A DNA stretch of 64,000 nt. Origin: Candidatus Poribacteria bacterium. GTDB taxonomy: Bacteria > Poribacteria > WGA-4E > WGA-3G. The notes beneath the pieces are model-generated. The model made no database searches. It saw only the letters and a program-made list of their open reading frames with translations, and was not told where the DNA came from. Below, piece after piece: positions 10,977-19,976 of the stretch (positions are counted from its first letter, which is position 1; every line of letters begins with the position of its first letter). The position numbers and the translations under genes were made by a program. The stretch covers positions 1,952,001-2,016,000 of the forward strand of contig CAXXLX010000001.1 of the NCBI GenBank assembly GCA_963665235.2, given 5' to 3'.

Positions 10977-11355
10977 GCTCCGCCTCAATATACGTTTGAT
11001 AACCGTCAGCATCGAGAAGTGTGTCAAGTTCGCCGGGGTCAGTCATTCTGATTTTGAGAAACCACCCATCGTCGTAAGGGGATTCATTGACCTGTTCAGG
11101 TGCGTCCAGCAGCGATTCGTTGACATCAATCACTTCACCACTGACAGGTGCGTAGAGGTCAAACGCTGCTTTGACAGATTCTATCACCCCAAACTCTGTT
11201 TTATGTGTTAATTGGGTGCCCACTTCCGGCAATTCGACGAAGACAATGTCCTGAATTTCGGATTGGGCATAGTCTGTAATGCCGATAGTGGCGATGTCGT
11301 CATCTTGACGCACCCATTCATGACTTTCCGTGTATTTTAAATTATCTGGAATCAT
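10969..11355 (-). CDS. gcvH: Glycine cleavage H protein
   Basis: [22 protein letters not shown] lipoyl-lysine motif. Confidence 0.97.
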   Translation of the reverse strand: MIPDNLKYTESHEWVRQDDDIATIGITDYAQSEIQDIVFVELPEVGTQLTHKTEFGVIESVKAAFDLYAPVSGEVIDVNESLLDAPEQVNESPYDDGWFLKIRMTDPGELDTLLDADGYQTYIEAEHA

Positions 11356-14300
11356 TCCGTTTTCCCTTTCGAGTTTAACATTTTTGCCTTTTCAAAATCA
11401 ACTTTCGCTGCGTCAGGCTGCCCAAGTGCTTCCTTCGCCAGTCCACGATTGTTATAGATTTTAGCATATTTTGGGTTAAGTTCAATCGCTTTATCGTAGT
11501 CTTCAATTGCATCAGCATAGTCACCGAATTTGTGCTGGACATCACCCCGGCCTTTATAAGCTAAGGAAATTTGAATAGGGTTGTCAGAACTAACCTTTAT
11601 AGCCTGCTTGTAATCATCTATGGCACCTGTATAGTCACCCATGTCAGCTTTTGTACGCCCACGATTCCTATAAGCGTCAGGATCGTCGGGTTTGAGTTTT
11701 ATAGCGTGATTATAGTCTTCAATCGCACCAGCATAGTCCTTGAGAGCAGCTTTTGTACGCCCACGATTATTGTAAGCATAGGCAGATTCAGGTTCTAGTT
11801 TTATAACCTGGTTATAGTCTTCAAGTGCACCAGCATAGTCCCCAAGACTTTTTCTTACGAACGCTCGATTATAGTATCCGGCGGTGTCGTTAGGTTTTAA
11901 TTCTATCACTTGTGTCCAATCCTCTATAGCCCCCGCATGATCGCCAAGATCGAGCTTTGCCCAACCGCGCTCGCCGTATGCATAAGCGTCGTTAGGTTTT
12001 AGTTTGATGGCTTGTGTCCAATCATCTATAGCACCCTTATGGTCGCCAATATGTTTTTTCACCCAAGCCCGCCTGTTGTATCCGGTGGTGTCGTCAGGTT
12101 TGAGTTTGATGACCTGTGTATAGTCCTCTATTGCTCCGATATGGTCGTCAAGTGCCTCCTTCGCAGCACCGCGACTTTCATATCCATAGGTATCGTTAGG
12201 TTTTAGTTTTATTGTGTGTGTGAAATCTTCTATTGCACCCGCATGGTCGCCAAGGTCGGCCTTTGCCCTTCCCCTATACGCGTAGATTTCTGTATCATTG
12301 GGTTTCAGTTTGAGGACTTGATTATAGTCCTCAATTGCCCCCTTAAGATCGCCAGAGTCGGCTTTCACTTGCGCTCTAAACCTGTAGGTTTCAGCGTTGT
12401 CGGGGTTAAGTTCAATCGCTTGATTGAAGTCGTCTATTGCCCCTTTAGCATCTCCAGCAAAGTATTTCACTCTGCCTTTTTTGGTGTAGAGATGTGCTTG
12501 GAAAAGTTTTCCCTTCCGCCATTGCTCCAGAGATTCCGTTGAAGCGGCACCAGCAAGCAACGCCTTGATTGCGTTTACAGGACTATTGCCAGGGTCATGG
12601 CCATAGTGGATTCCGATGACTTCTCCTTTACTGTTTAGCACGGGACTGCCACTGTTCCCTGGATAAGCTTCCACTGTTGTTTGGAACTGTTCATCGCTAT
12701 TTCTTATTTTTTCAACAACGCCTTTCGTCACCTTGTATCTATCCTCCGGAGCAGGGAATCCCGCAAGAGAAATAGGCTCACCGAGCTGGAGTTTATCACT
12801 GTTCCCCAAAGGCAGTGGGATGCCTTTGCCTTTCACTTTTAGGATGGCGATGTCGTACTCAATATCAAATGCTACAACACCTTCCACGGACCAGATTGTT
12901 TCTTTATGACCTAATTTAGCGGTAATTGGGCCGGTCGTGCAGTTTTCGATAACATGAAAGTTCGTTGCAATCTTATCTGGTGCTACAAAGAATCCTGTCC
13001 CACCTACCCCAAACCCACTTAAATGGACTGTAGACTCTTTTACCTTGTCAGTTTTTAAGTTCATTTTTCCTACCTCCGGATCTATCTCTTTTGCTTTTTC
13101 AAAATCAGCTTTCGCGGCTTCATGTTGCCCAAGTGCTTCCTTTGCCAGTCCACGATTGTAGTATGCCTTAGCATATTTGGGGTTGAGTTCAATTGCCTTA
13201 TCGTAATCAGCAATAGCATCGGCATAATTACCGAGTGTTGCCTTGAGCTGCCCACGTTCGTTATAGTAATAGTAATGGCCCGATAACGGGGCAAATTCAA
13301 TTACTTTATCGTAGTCCTGAATTGCGCTTGCATAATCACCAAGTTGAGTCTTCGCTCTGCCGCGGTAGTCATAAGCTACGAAGTCTTCAGGATTAATTTC
13401 TATTGCGCGATTATAGTCTTCGATGCCGGCTGTTATGTTGCCCGCGTCAACTTTCGCTAGGCCGCGCCGATTGTAAGCGTAGGTATCGTTGGGTTTTAGT
13501 TTTATTGCCTTGTTGAAGTCTTTAATTGCATCCGCATAGTCACCAAGGGCACTCTTTACAGACCCGCGGTAGATATAGGCGTAGGTATTTTCGGAATCAA
13601 GTTTTATTGCCTTGTTAAAGTCTTCAATTGCATCCGCATAATCCTGAAGATTATAAAATTTTATCAGCCCGCGCTGATTGTAAGCATTTGCGTTATCAGG
13701 GTTAATTTTTATAGCTTGATTATAGTCTTCAATTGCGCCAGCATAGTCCTCAAGAGATGTCTTTGCACCCGCCCGAGTGATATAAGCGTCAGCGTCGTCA
13801 GGTTTTAATTTTATGACCTGTGTCCAATCCTCTATTGCGCCAGCGTAGTCCTCAAGAGATGTCTTTGCACCCGCCCGAGTGATATAAGCGGCGGCGTCGT
13901 CAGGTTTTAATTTTATGACCTGTGTAAAATCGTCTATTGCACCCGCATGGTCGCCAATACGTTTCTTTGCCCACCCACGATTATTATATGTATTGGCATC
14001 GTCAGGTTTGAGTTTTATGGCTTGATTATAATCATCTATCGCACCTGCGTAGTCATCAAGTGCCTGCTTCGCAGCAGCGCGGTTTCTGTATCCGTAGGCA
14101 TGGTTAGGTTTGAGTTTTATGGCGTGTGTAAAATCTTCTATCGCACCCGCATGGTCGTCAATTTCTCTTTTTGCCCACCCGCGATTGTTGTATCCGTAGG
14201 CATCATTAGGTTTGAGTTTTATGGCGTGTGTAAAATCTTCTATCGCACCCGCATAATCACTAAGATGTTTTTTCACCCACCCACGCTCGTTGTATGTATT

Positions 14301-15587
14301 AGCGTTATCAGGTTTGAGTTTTATGGCGTGTGTAAAATCTTCTATCGCACCCGCATGATTGCCAATGGATTTTTTCATCCGCGCGAGCTCTTTATACATA
14401 TCGGCATCAGGTTTGCGTTGGACGGCCTGTGAATAGTCTTCTATTTTCCCAGCCTTATCTCCAAGCTTTCCTTTTGCATCTCCGCGTTTTTTATAGGCAT
14501 CAGCATCATCGGGGTCAAGCCTAATGACTTCAGTATAGTCCGCTATCGCTGCCTCATAGTTTTCAAGTTTGCGATTTGCCTCTCCGCGTTGTTTGTATAC
14601 TGCAACGTTGTCAGGTTCAAGTTTGATGATTTCAGTAAAATCGTCTATTGCGCCCTCATAGTCTTCAACGTGAGTTTTTGCCTCGCCACGGGCACCATAG
14701 GCTCGGATATCCTCCGGGTCGAGTTTTATTGCCTGATCATAGTCTGCCATTGCATCATCATGGTTGCCGAGGGCATCCTTCGTATAACCGCGACCAATGA
14801 AATAGATGTTATCCTCAGGGTTTAGTTGAATAGCCTTATCTAGGTGTTCTATTGCTTCGTTATACGCCTCGGCATAATATTTCATTTGGGCAAGATTATA
14901 ATAGTGGTCAGCCCGGATAACTTTTCGCTTATGCCACTGCTGCAAAGCTTCCATTTCAGTTTCAGCGAGTAATGTTTTGAGTGTGTCCGAAGGAATAGCA
15001 TAACTGAAAGAAAGAAAACGCGCGCCCATCACGCCGATAACCTCCCCTTTTCTGTTTAGTAAAGGCCCCCCGCTGTTTCCCCCAACAACATCTATTGTCG
15101 TTCTAAACCATCTATTTTTTTCCCAAATACTGTGTATCGTTCCCTCGGTTACGCTGTATTTCCCATCCGGAAATCCTACCGTGGCGACAAGCTCACCAAT
15201 CTGAACTTTATCACTGTCACCGAGAGGAAGCGGCGTACCTTCACCCGCAATTTTTAGGACGACAAGGTCATTCTCGATATCAAACGCGGTTACACCTTCA
15301 ATTCCCCAGACCGTCTTTTTGTCAATCAGTTTTGCGAAATAGAGCCCCGGTTGTGAAACAACGTGAACATTGGTTGCAATTTTATCTTTGTCTACAAAGA
15401 AACCGGTCCCAATGCCAAGGCCCGAAAGGGTCCCGCCGACTATGCGCACTGTAGATTCTTTTGCGTTATCGGATATTAAGTCGGTTTCTGTTGGTTTTTC
15501 GGCAGTTTCTTGTGCATAAGAGAGTGAGAGGAATACCATCAGCACCAAGAAACAAAATAAAAATTTTGTGTAATGTCTCATTTTCAT
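11352..15587 (-). CDS. Secreted protein with two tandem trypsin-like protease + TPR array modules
   Basis: Signal peptide; TNVHV...D...GNSGGP and TNFHV...D...GNSGSP triads; many 34-aa TPRs; GGAGGT RBS before the ATG at 15587. Confidence 0.9.
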   Translation of the reverse strand: MKMRHYTKFLFCFLVLMVFLSLSYAQETAEKPTETDLISDNAKESTVRIVGGTLSGLGIGTGFFVDKDKIATNVHVVSQPGLYFAKLIDKKTVWGIEGVTAFDIENDLVVLKIAGEGTPLPLGDSDKVQIGELVATVGFPDGKYSVTEGTIHSIWEKNRWFRTTIDVVGGNSGGPLLNRKGEVIGVMGARFLSFSYAIPSDTLKTLLAETEMEALQQWHKRKVIRADHYYNLAQMKYYAEAYNEAIEHLDKAIQLNPEDNIYFIGRGYTKDALGNHDDAMADYDQAIKLDPEDIRAYGARGEAKTHVEDYEGAIDDFTEIIKLEPDNVAVYKQRGEANRKLENYEAAIADYTEVIRLDPDDADAYKKRGDAKGKLGDKAGKIEDYSQAVQRKPDADMYKELARMKKSIGNHAGAIEDFTHAIKLKPDNANTYNERGWVKKHLSDYAGAIEDFTHAIKLKPNDAYGYNNRGWAKREIDDHAGAIEDFTHAIKLKPNHAYGYRNRAAAKQALDDYAGAIDDYNQAIKLKPDDANTYNNRGWAKKRIGDHAGAIDDFTQVIKLKPDDAAAYITRAGAKTSLEDYAGAIEDWTQVIKLKPDDADAYITRAGAKTSLEDYAGAIEDYNQAIKINPDNANAYNQRGLIKFYNLQDYADAIEDFNKAIKLDSENTYAYIYRGSVKSALGDYADAIKDFNKAIKLKPNDTYAYNRRGLAKVDAGNITAGIEDYNRAIEINPEDFVAYDYRGRAKTQLGDYASAIQDYDKVIEFAPLSGHYYYYNERGQLKATLGNYADAIADYDKAIELNPKYAKAYYNRGLAKEALGQHEAAKADFEKAKEIDPEVGKMNLKTDKVKESTVHLSGFGVGGTGFFVAPDKIATNFHVIENCTTGPITAKLGHKETIWSVEGVVAFDIEYDIAILKVKGKGIPLPLGNSDKLQLGEPISLAGFPAPEDRYKVTKGVVEKIRNSDEQFQTTVEAYPGNSGSPVLNSKGEVIGIHYGHDPGNSPVNAIKALLAGAASTESLEQWRKGKLFQAHLYTKKGRVKYFAGDAKGAIDDFNQAIELNPDNAETYRFRAQVKADSGDLKGAIEDYNQVLKLKPNDTEIYAYRGRAKADLGDHAGAIEDFTHTIKLKPNDTYGYESRGAAKEALDDHIGAIEDYTQVIKLKPDDTTGYNRRAWVKKHIGDHKGAIDDWTQAIKLKPNDAYAYGERGWAKLDLGDHAGAIEDWTQVIELKPNDTAGYYNRAFVRKSLGDYAGALEDYNQVIKLEPESAYAYNNRGRTKAALKDYAGAIEDYNHAIKLKPDDPDAYRNRGRTKADMGDYTGAIDDYKQAIKVSSDNPIQISLAYKGRGDVQHKFGDYADAIEDYDKAIELNPKYAKIYNNRGLAKEALGQPDAAKVDFEKAKMLNSKGKTE

Positions 15588-15611
15588 TACCTCCAAAAGT
15601 TGCTGTTATTT

Positions 15612-16697
15612 TTAAACAAAGGGCACCTTCACAATTTTCGCGGGGTGCAGTTTACCCCGAATCTCAATTTCAATGCTTTTTCCAGTGCTTTCAGAAATGG
15701 AAGCGAGACCGATATTGCGTTTTAGACTTGGCGATGGTGCGCCGCTCGTCACTTTACCGATAGGATGACCATCCTGATAGACAGTATACCCGCACCGCGC
15801 GACAGCACGGCCAAGCATTTGAAACCCAACCAATTTTTTGTTTAGCACCCCCTTTTCTCTCTGAAAGGCGAGTGCCTTCTTCCCGATGAATTCTCCCTTA
15901 TCCAGCTTGACGAACCGTCCTAATCCTGCCTCAAACGGTGTTGTCCTGTCGTCCATATCCATGCCGTAAAGACGTAGTCCTGCCTCAAGCCTTAAGGTAT
16001 CGCGTGCACCCAATCCGACCGGTTGTCCACCTGCTTCTATCACAGCTGGATAGAGTGCATTCCATAGATTTTTCGCATCTTTTACCGTAACGTATAACTC
16101 AAAACCGATTTCACCCGTATAGCCGGTTCGGGAAAGTATGACAAGAATTCCTGCAACAACGCAGAATTCAAACCCAAAAAACGGTATTATAGAAACATCT
16201 TCCCCAAGGGCAAGCTGATTCAGAATGTCTATCGATTTTGGGCCTTGCAGTGCTATAAGGGCAATGTTTTGACTACAGTCCTTTATTGTTGCACCTATAT
16301 CATTGTTGACTTTTACCCATGTGAGGTCTTTTTGAATGTTTGCAGCGTTTACCACCAAAGTATAATAATTATCGAAGTGCCTATAAATCAGAATGTCATC
16401 AACGATGCCTCCGCTTTGATTACAGAGGAGCGTATATTGCGTATATCCATCGGTTAATCGACTCACGTCGTTTGTGCAGAGTTTTTGCACCAATTCGTTT
16501 GCACCTTGTCCGCAAACGTCAATTTCTCCCATGTGTGAGAGATCAAACAGGCCAGCAGTTGTTCGGACAGCGAGATGCTCCTTGACAATGCTGCTATATT
16601 GTAGCGGCATCTCCCACCCGCCGAATTCGGTAAATTTGGCATTGAGGGATTTGTGAATCTCGTAAAGGGGTGTTCTTTTCTTCTGTTTCGTCTCCAT
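15612..16697 (-). CDS. gcvT: Glycine cleavage aminomethyltransferase T
   Basis: FGGWEMPLQY, DLSHMG, SRTGYTGE, GLGARDTLRLEAG. Confidence 0.97.
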   Translation of the reverse strand: METKQKKRTPLYEIHKSLNAKFTEFGGWEMPLQYSSIVKEHLAVRTTAGLFDLSHMGEIDVCGQGANELVQKLCTNDVSRLTDGYTQYTLLCNQSGGIVDDILIYRHFDNYYTLVVNAANIQKDLTWVKVNNDIGATIKDCSQNIALIALQGPKSIDILNQLALGEDVSIIPFFGFEFCVVAGILVILSRTGYTGEIGFELYVTVKDAKNLWNALYPAVIEAGGQPVGLGARDTLRLEAGLRLYGMDMDDRTTPFEAGLGRFVKLDKGEFIGKKALAFQREKGVLNKKLVGFQMLGRAVARCGYTVYQDGHPIGKVTSGAPSPSLKRNIGLASISESTGKSIEIEIRGKLHPAKIVKVPFV

Positions 16698-16731
16698 GAT
16701 GCAATAACCTCAAACCTTAACACTACGTTCT

Positions 16732-17490
16732 TTATCCTTCCAATCCATAAATACGCGCCAGATTATCACCAAAAATCAATGCTTCCACGTCATCACCGAG
16801 CTCCAACCGTTTTAAGGCATTGATAACCTGAATCGGCCTGTATTCGGGCAAATTAGAGCCGAACACTATCCGTTCCGGGCCGAGGACATCAACCGCTGTT
16901 TTTACCTCTGTCGGCACAACTGTGTTTGGGTCCGTGCCCCAACGCCGATGAAAGCGGAGGATAGTTGTCCCGAGCGAGATGTTCCTATTCGCCTTTGCAA
17001 CAGAGATAGCAGCCGCTAAATCATCCGGAAATCCCATGTGATCCATTATAACCGGGGTTTCTGGCACCCAGCTCGCCACGTTTCCAATTCGATTCGGATG
17101 ACAATTATTCGGACCAGAATGAATCGAAACGATAAGTCCACAGTCACGTGCAGCTTCAACGACAGGCCGAACAATCGGCTCATCTACGTTGTAGTTGTGA
17201 ACTGCGGGCATAAGTTTAATACCGCGCATCCCCCACTGCTCTGCGGCAAGTTTAACCTGTTTGACAGGTTCCGACTCAGTCGGATGCACGAGGGCACAGC
17301 CTAAGGCACGCGGGTTTCCGCGAATGGCATCGGCGAGCTCATCGTTTCGCGGGTCCGGCTGCGTATTCGGCATGATGACTGCTACATCTATGTTGGCTTC
17401 GTCTTCTAAGGCAAGTAGTGCATCTAAATCTAACTTTCCAGAGTCATCGCGAAATTCATCGCTGAGATAGGCTTCAAAATCCCCACGCAT
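16732..17490 (-). CDS. Amidohydrolase_2 family metal-dependent hydrolase
   Basis: RGIKLMP, IHSG, MDHMG, FGSN, IFGDNLARI pattern; AAAGGAG RBS before the ATG at 17490. Confidence 0.8.
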   Translation of the reverse strand: MRGDFEAYLSDEFRDDSGKLDLDALLALEDEANIDVAVIMPNTQPDPRNDELADAIRGNPRALGCALVHPTESEPVKQVKLAAEQWGMRGIKLMPAVHNYNVDEPIVRPVVEAARDCGLIVSIHSGPNNCHPNRIGNVASWVPETPVIMDHMGFPDDLAAAISVAKANRNISLGTTILRFHRRWGTDPNTVVPTEVKTAVDVLGPERIVFGSNLPEYRPIQVINALKRLELGDDVEALIFGDNLARIYGLEG

Positions 17491-17558
17491 AAGACCTGCT
17501 CCTTTTTGAACATATACACGAAAATTCCCTTGTAGACGCGCTGACAAGGGGACGGTTT

Positions 17559-18581
17559 TTACGGGTTCGCAAGTTGTTCATCGATGAGAATTATACCATT
17601 CTGTTCCTCCGTTTCAAACGGCACCGTTTCCGCTGTTAAGGCGTTACGGTATTGTGTGTGTGCTGATTGTGCCGCTTCAGCTGTGGGAAAACGGAGGATG
17701 AAAACAATTCTCGTGTCAGCCAAGCTTGCTGCATCGCTATTTTTATAGTGTGCGGAAACGCCAATCGTCTTATCCATCAATTGTGGAATATTCTGGGGTA
17801 AAGTCTTGGACAGTTGGCGCAATACCGAATTGGTTGTGAACAGTTTTTCACTTCCAGTGACATATCGACTGGGCAGCAATTTTAGAAGTGGTATTTTTTG
17901 CGGTGTATCCTGAATACGTTTCGCAGTAGCACGTGCCAACGCGACCATACCGTTCCGAATCCCGGTAGCGATTTCGTACCCCTCTATTTGGATAAAGTAT
18001 TTGCCTTTCCAAAATCGGAGATATTTCCCTGAAATAATTGCTTTGCTGCCAACCCATTCAAATTTTGCTTGTGGATAGTTGTGGAAACTGTAGATGCCGA
18101 AAGCATTTTCAGGGGTGCCCATATCGAAAACTTCTAGCAGGATGAGTGGGGTTGAACCGAACTTCGGAGTCTGGTATTCCACCTCTGCTTGTTTTCGGAA
18201 TCCGTAATTGTGGTAAAGTTCTGGCGATACCACCCGGTCGCGATAGAGCCGCTTCCCTTGATATGTTGTTGGTGCTCGGACACGTTCCCAATCTTGAACT
18301 GCTTTCGGTAAAAGCGTCTCCGGTTCAGAAATTGTGATAATTGGAAGAAACGTGTCCATTGCAGCCTGTGAGGGGTCATTACGTTTCGCTGCTTCAGCAA
18401 TTCTTTCGGAGACCGATGCGACTGTTTGTTTAGCTACCTTTGCCGTGGGGGCTTTCCAGACACCATAGATGTACATAGCCTCTTGGTTAACAGCAGTGAA
18501 GTTTCGGTGTTCCTGTTGACAGGAAAGGAGAATCACGATTAAAAAAAGAGGGAGCCAGAGTATGTTACGGAGTTTCATCAA
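17559..18581 (-). CDS. Lipoprotein (DUF6599-like)
   Basis: LLSC lipobox; EVFDMGTPENAFGIYS and FWKGKYF motifs. Confidence 0.6.
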   Translation of the reverse strand: MMKLRNILWLPLFLIVILLSCQQEHRNFTAVNQEAMYIYGVWKAPTAKVAKQTVASVSERIAEAAKRNDPSQAAMDTFLPIITISEPETLLPKAVQDWERVRAPTTYQGKRLYRDRVVSPELYHNYGFRKQAEVEYQTPKFGSTPLILLEVFDMGTPENAFGIYSFHNYPQAKFEWVGSKAIISGKYLRFWKGKYFIQIEGYEIATGIRNGMVALARATAKRIQDTPQKIPLLKLLPSRYVTGSEKLFTTNSVLRQLSKTLPQNIPQLMDKTIGVSAHYKNSDAASLADTRIVFILRFPTAEAAQSAHTQYRNALTAETVPFETEEQNGIILIDEQLANP

Positions 18582-18820
18582 AATCTTCGGACTGGAAACC
18601 GCTGAATTTATTCAGAGGCGGAAAGCCCATCTCCTATCTTTTTCACAAACTCTCGAAGGGTTGTCGGCTAAGAGACGTTTGAAGATTGTAAAATTTGTGA
18701 AATCTCCCAACCCCCTTGACTGAAGCCCAAAGACTGAATACCATTCCCCTGAAAACTGACAGCAATCGCCCGCCGGTTGAACGAAGAGAAACCCGAAACA
18801 CATACCGGTTTATGACAGCA

Positions 18821-19444
18821 CTACCACTGTTCTGCAAGTTGAGTGTAAAGGTCTTCAATGAGTTCGTCAATTAACCGTTTTCTTGCCTGTTCCTCTGTTT
18901 CTGGTGGTTCCGCTCGGTTCGGGACGACATAAAAGTCATGTATTTGGACGTGGTTATTCGATTCAGCGATAATTGCATCCCTGACTCTATCCAGGAATTC
19001 GTATTCAACCTGTAGGCTCATTCGCACCATCTCAACCTGTCCATTTGGTCCGTATTCCTGTTCTCGTAACGTGTAATCGAGTATTTTCAGGGTAAGTTGC
19101 GAATCGTTGCCATCTTGCCATTTTCGATTGAACCGCTCCGTGAGTTTTTCCTGAATGATTTCATCGTAAGGACGTTGCGCGGTTTCATCGTAAAGAATAT
19201 CAGTATCTTGTATCTCAACTGGGGGGATGCGTATACTTTCAATATGTTCGAGATATGATGAGGTAGAGACATATCCACACCCCACTATCAAGCTGAGTGC
19301 GGCAAGGCTGCAGAGGGTTAGCAGTGTTAAAACGGTAAAGCCGCGGTAAAGTGGGGCACGCCGCCATTTTGTTGGAATGAGTTTAAGGGGCTCTGGACCG
19401 AGAGGCAGCCTTTCGGTCCCTCGGTTTATCCGTTTGATGTGCAT
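18821..19444 (-). CDS. LptE-like outer-membrane lipoprotein
   Basis: IVGC-GY lipobox, SIRIPPV, terminal helix ending in W; start uncertain. Confidence 0.6.
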   Translation of the reverse strand: MHIKRINRGTERLPLGPEPLKLIPTKWRRAPLYRGFTVLTLLTLCSLAALSLIVGCGYVSTSSYLEHIESIRIPPVEIQDTDILYDETAQRPYDEIIQEKLTERFNRKWQDGNDSQLTLKILDYTLREQEYGPNGQVEMVRMSLQVEYEFLDRVRDAIIAESNNHVQIHDFYVVPNRAEPPETEEQARKRLIDELIEDLYTQLAEQW

Positions 19445-19445
19445 G

Positions 19446-19775
19446 TTACCTACCATTAATCTGGAAAGAGTCAAAAGGGGTCTGGTATCTGACGCGGGAC
19501 GCTCTAGGGCGTTGTGGTTCCGGTTTCGATTCCTTTCCATAAAACAGGACTTTTGCGTAAGTGACGACCTGTTTTTTTACCGATGGAATTGATAACGTTA
19601 CAAAGACAGCGACAAGTAAGATAAGAATAAATACCAGGAAACGGGTCATCCATTTTTGAGAAAGCACGTCCCCTTTAGCTTCCTTACTCCGTCGTTTCGC
19701 TCTCCTGTTTGAGGTTCTCATTGGGCTCACCTTCGGCGTTTTGTCGTAGGGGTTTTCCCCCGTGTAGTGCGGCAC
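19446..19775 (-). CDS. Small single-TM hypothetical protein (start uncertain)
   Basis: Hydrophobic segment FLVFILILLVAVFVTLSI; stop abuts the next gene's ATG. Confidence 0.45.
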   Translation of the reverse strand: MPHYTGENPYDKTPKVSPMRTSNRRAKRRSKEAKGDVLSQKWMTRFLVFILILLVAVFVTLSIPSVKKQVVTYAKVLFYGKESKPEPQRPRASRVRYQTPFDSFQINGR

Positions 19776-19976
19776 AGTTTTGCTTTTGTTTCACACACAA
19801 CTGTTTTTTCGGGGGCCCAGGTTTAGTTCTGTTCTCTGTGTGGTCAGTTGTGCTATTGGTGCCAGATGGCAAAGCATGAAAATCGTGCTTTGCCATTTCT
19901 GGACCAACGCGCCTCCTATCATCAAATTAGGGATTAAGCGGATATTGATATCCGCCTGATATTCGGCAGCTCCTCC

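Noticed and set aside
11352-15587. Diversity-generating retroelement suggested by near-identical TPR, LRR and WD40 repeats
   Set aside because: There is no reverse transcriptase, and the repeats are in-frame tandem coding units rather than a TR/VR pair.
19685-19760. Glycine riboswitch-like words (CGCCGAAGGTG...CAGG, GGAGA) upstream of the gcv cluster
   Set aside because: The order and the CTCTCAGG core do not match, it is 3 kb from gcvT, and it lies within a plausible ORF.
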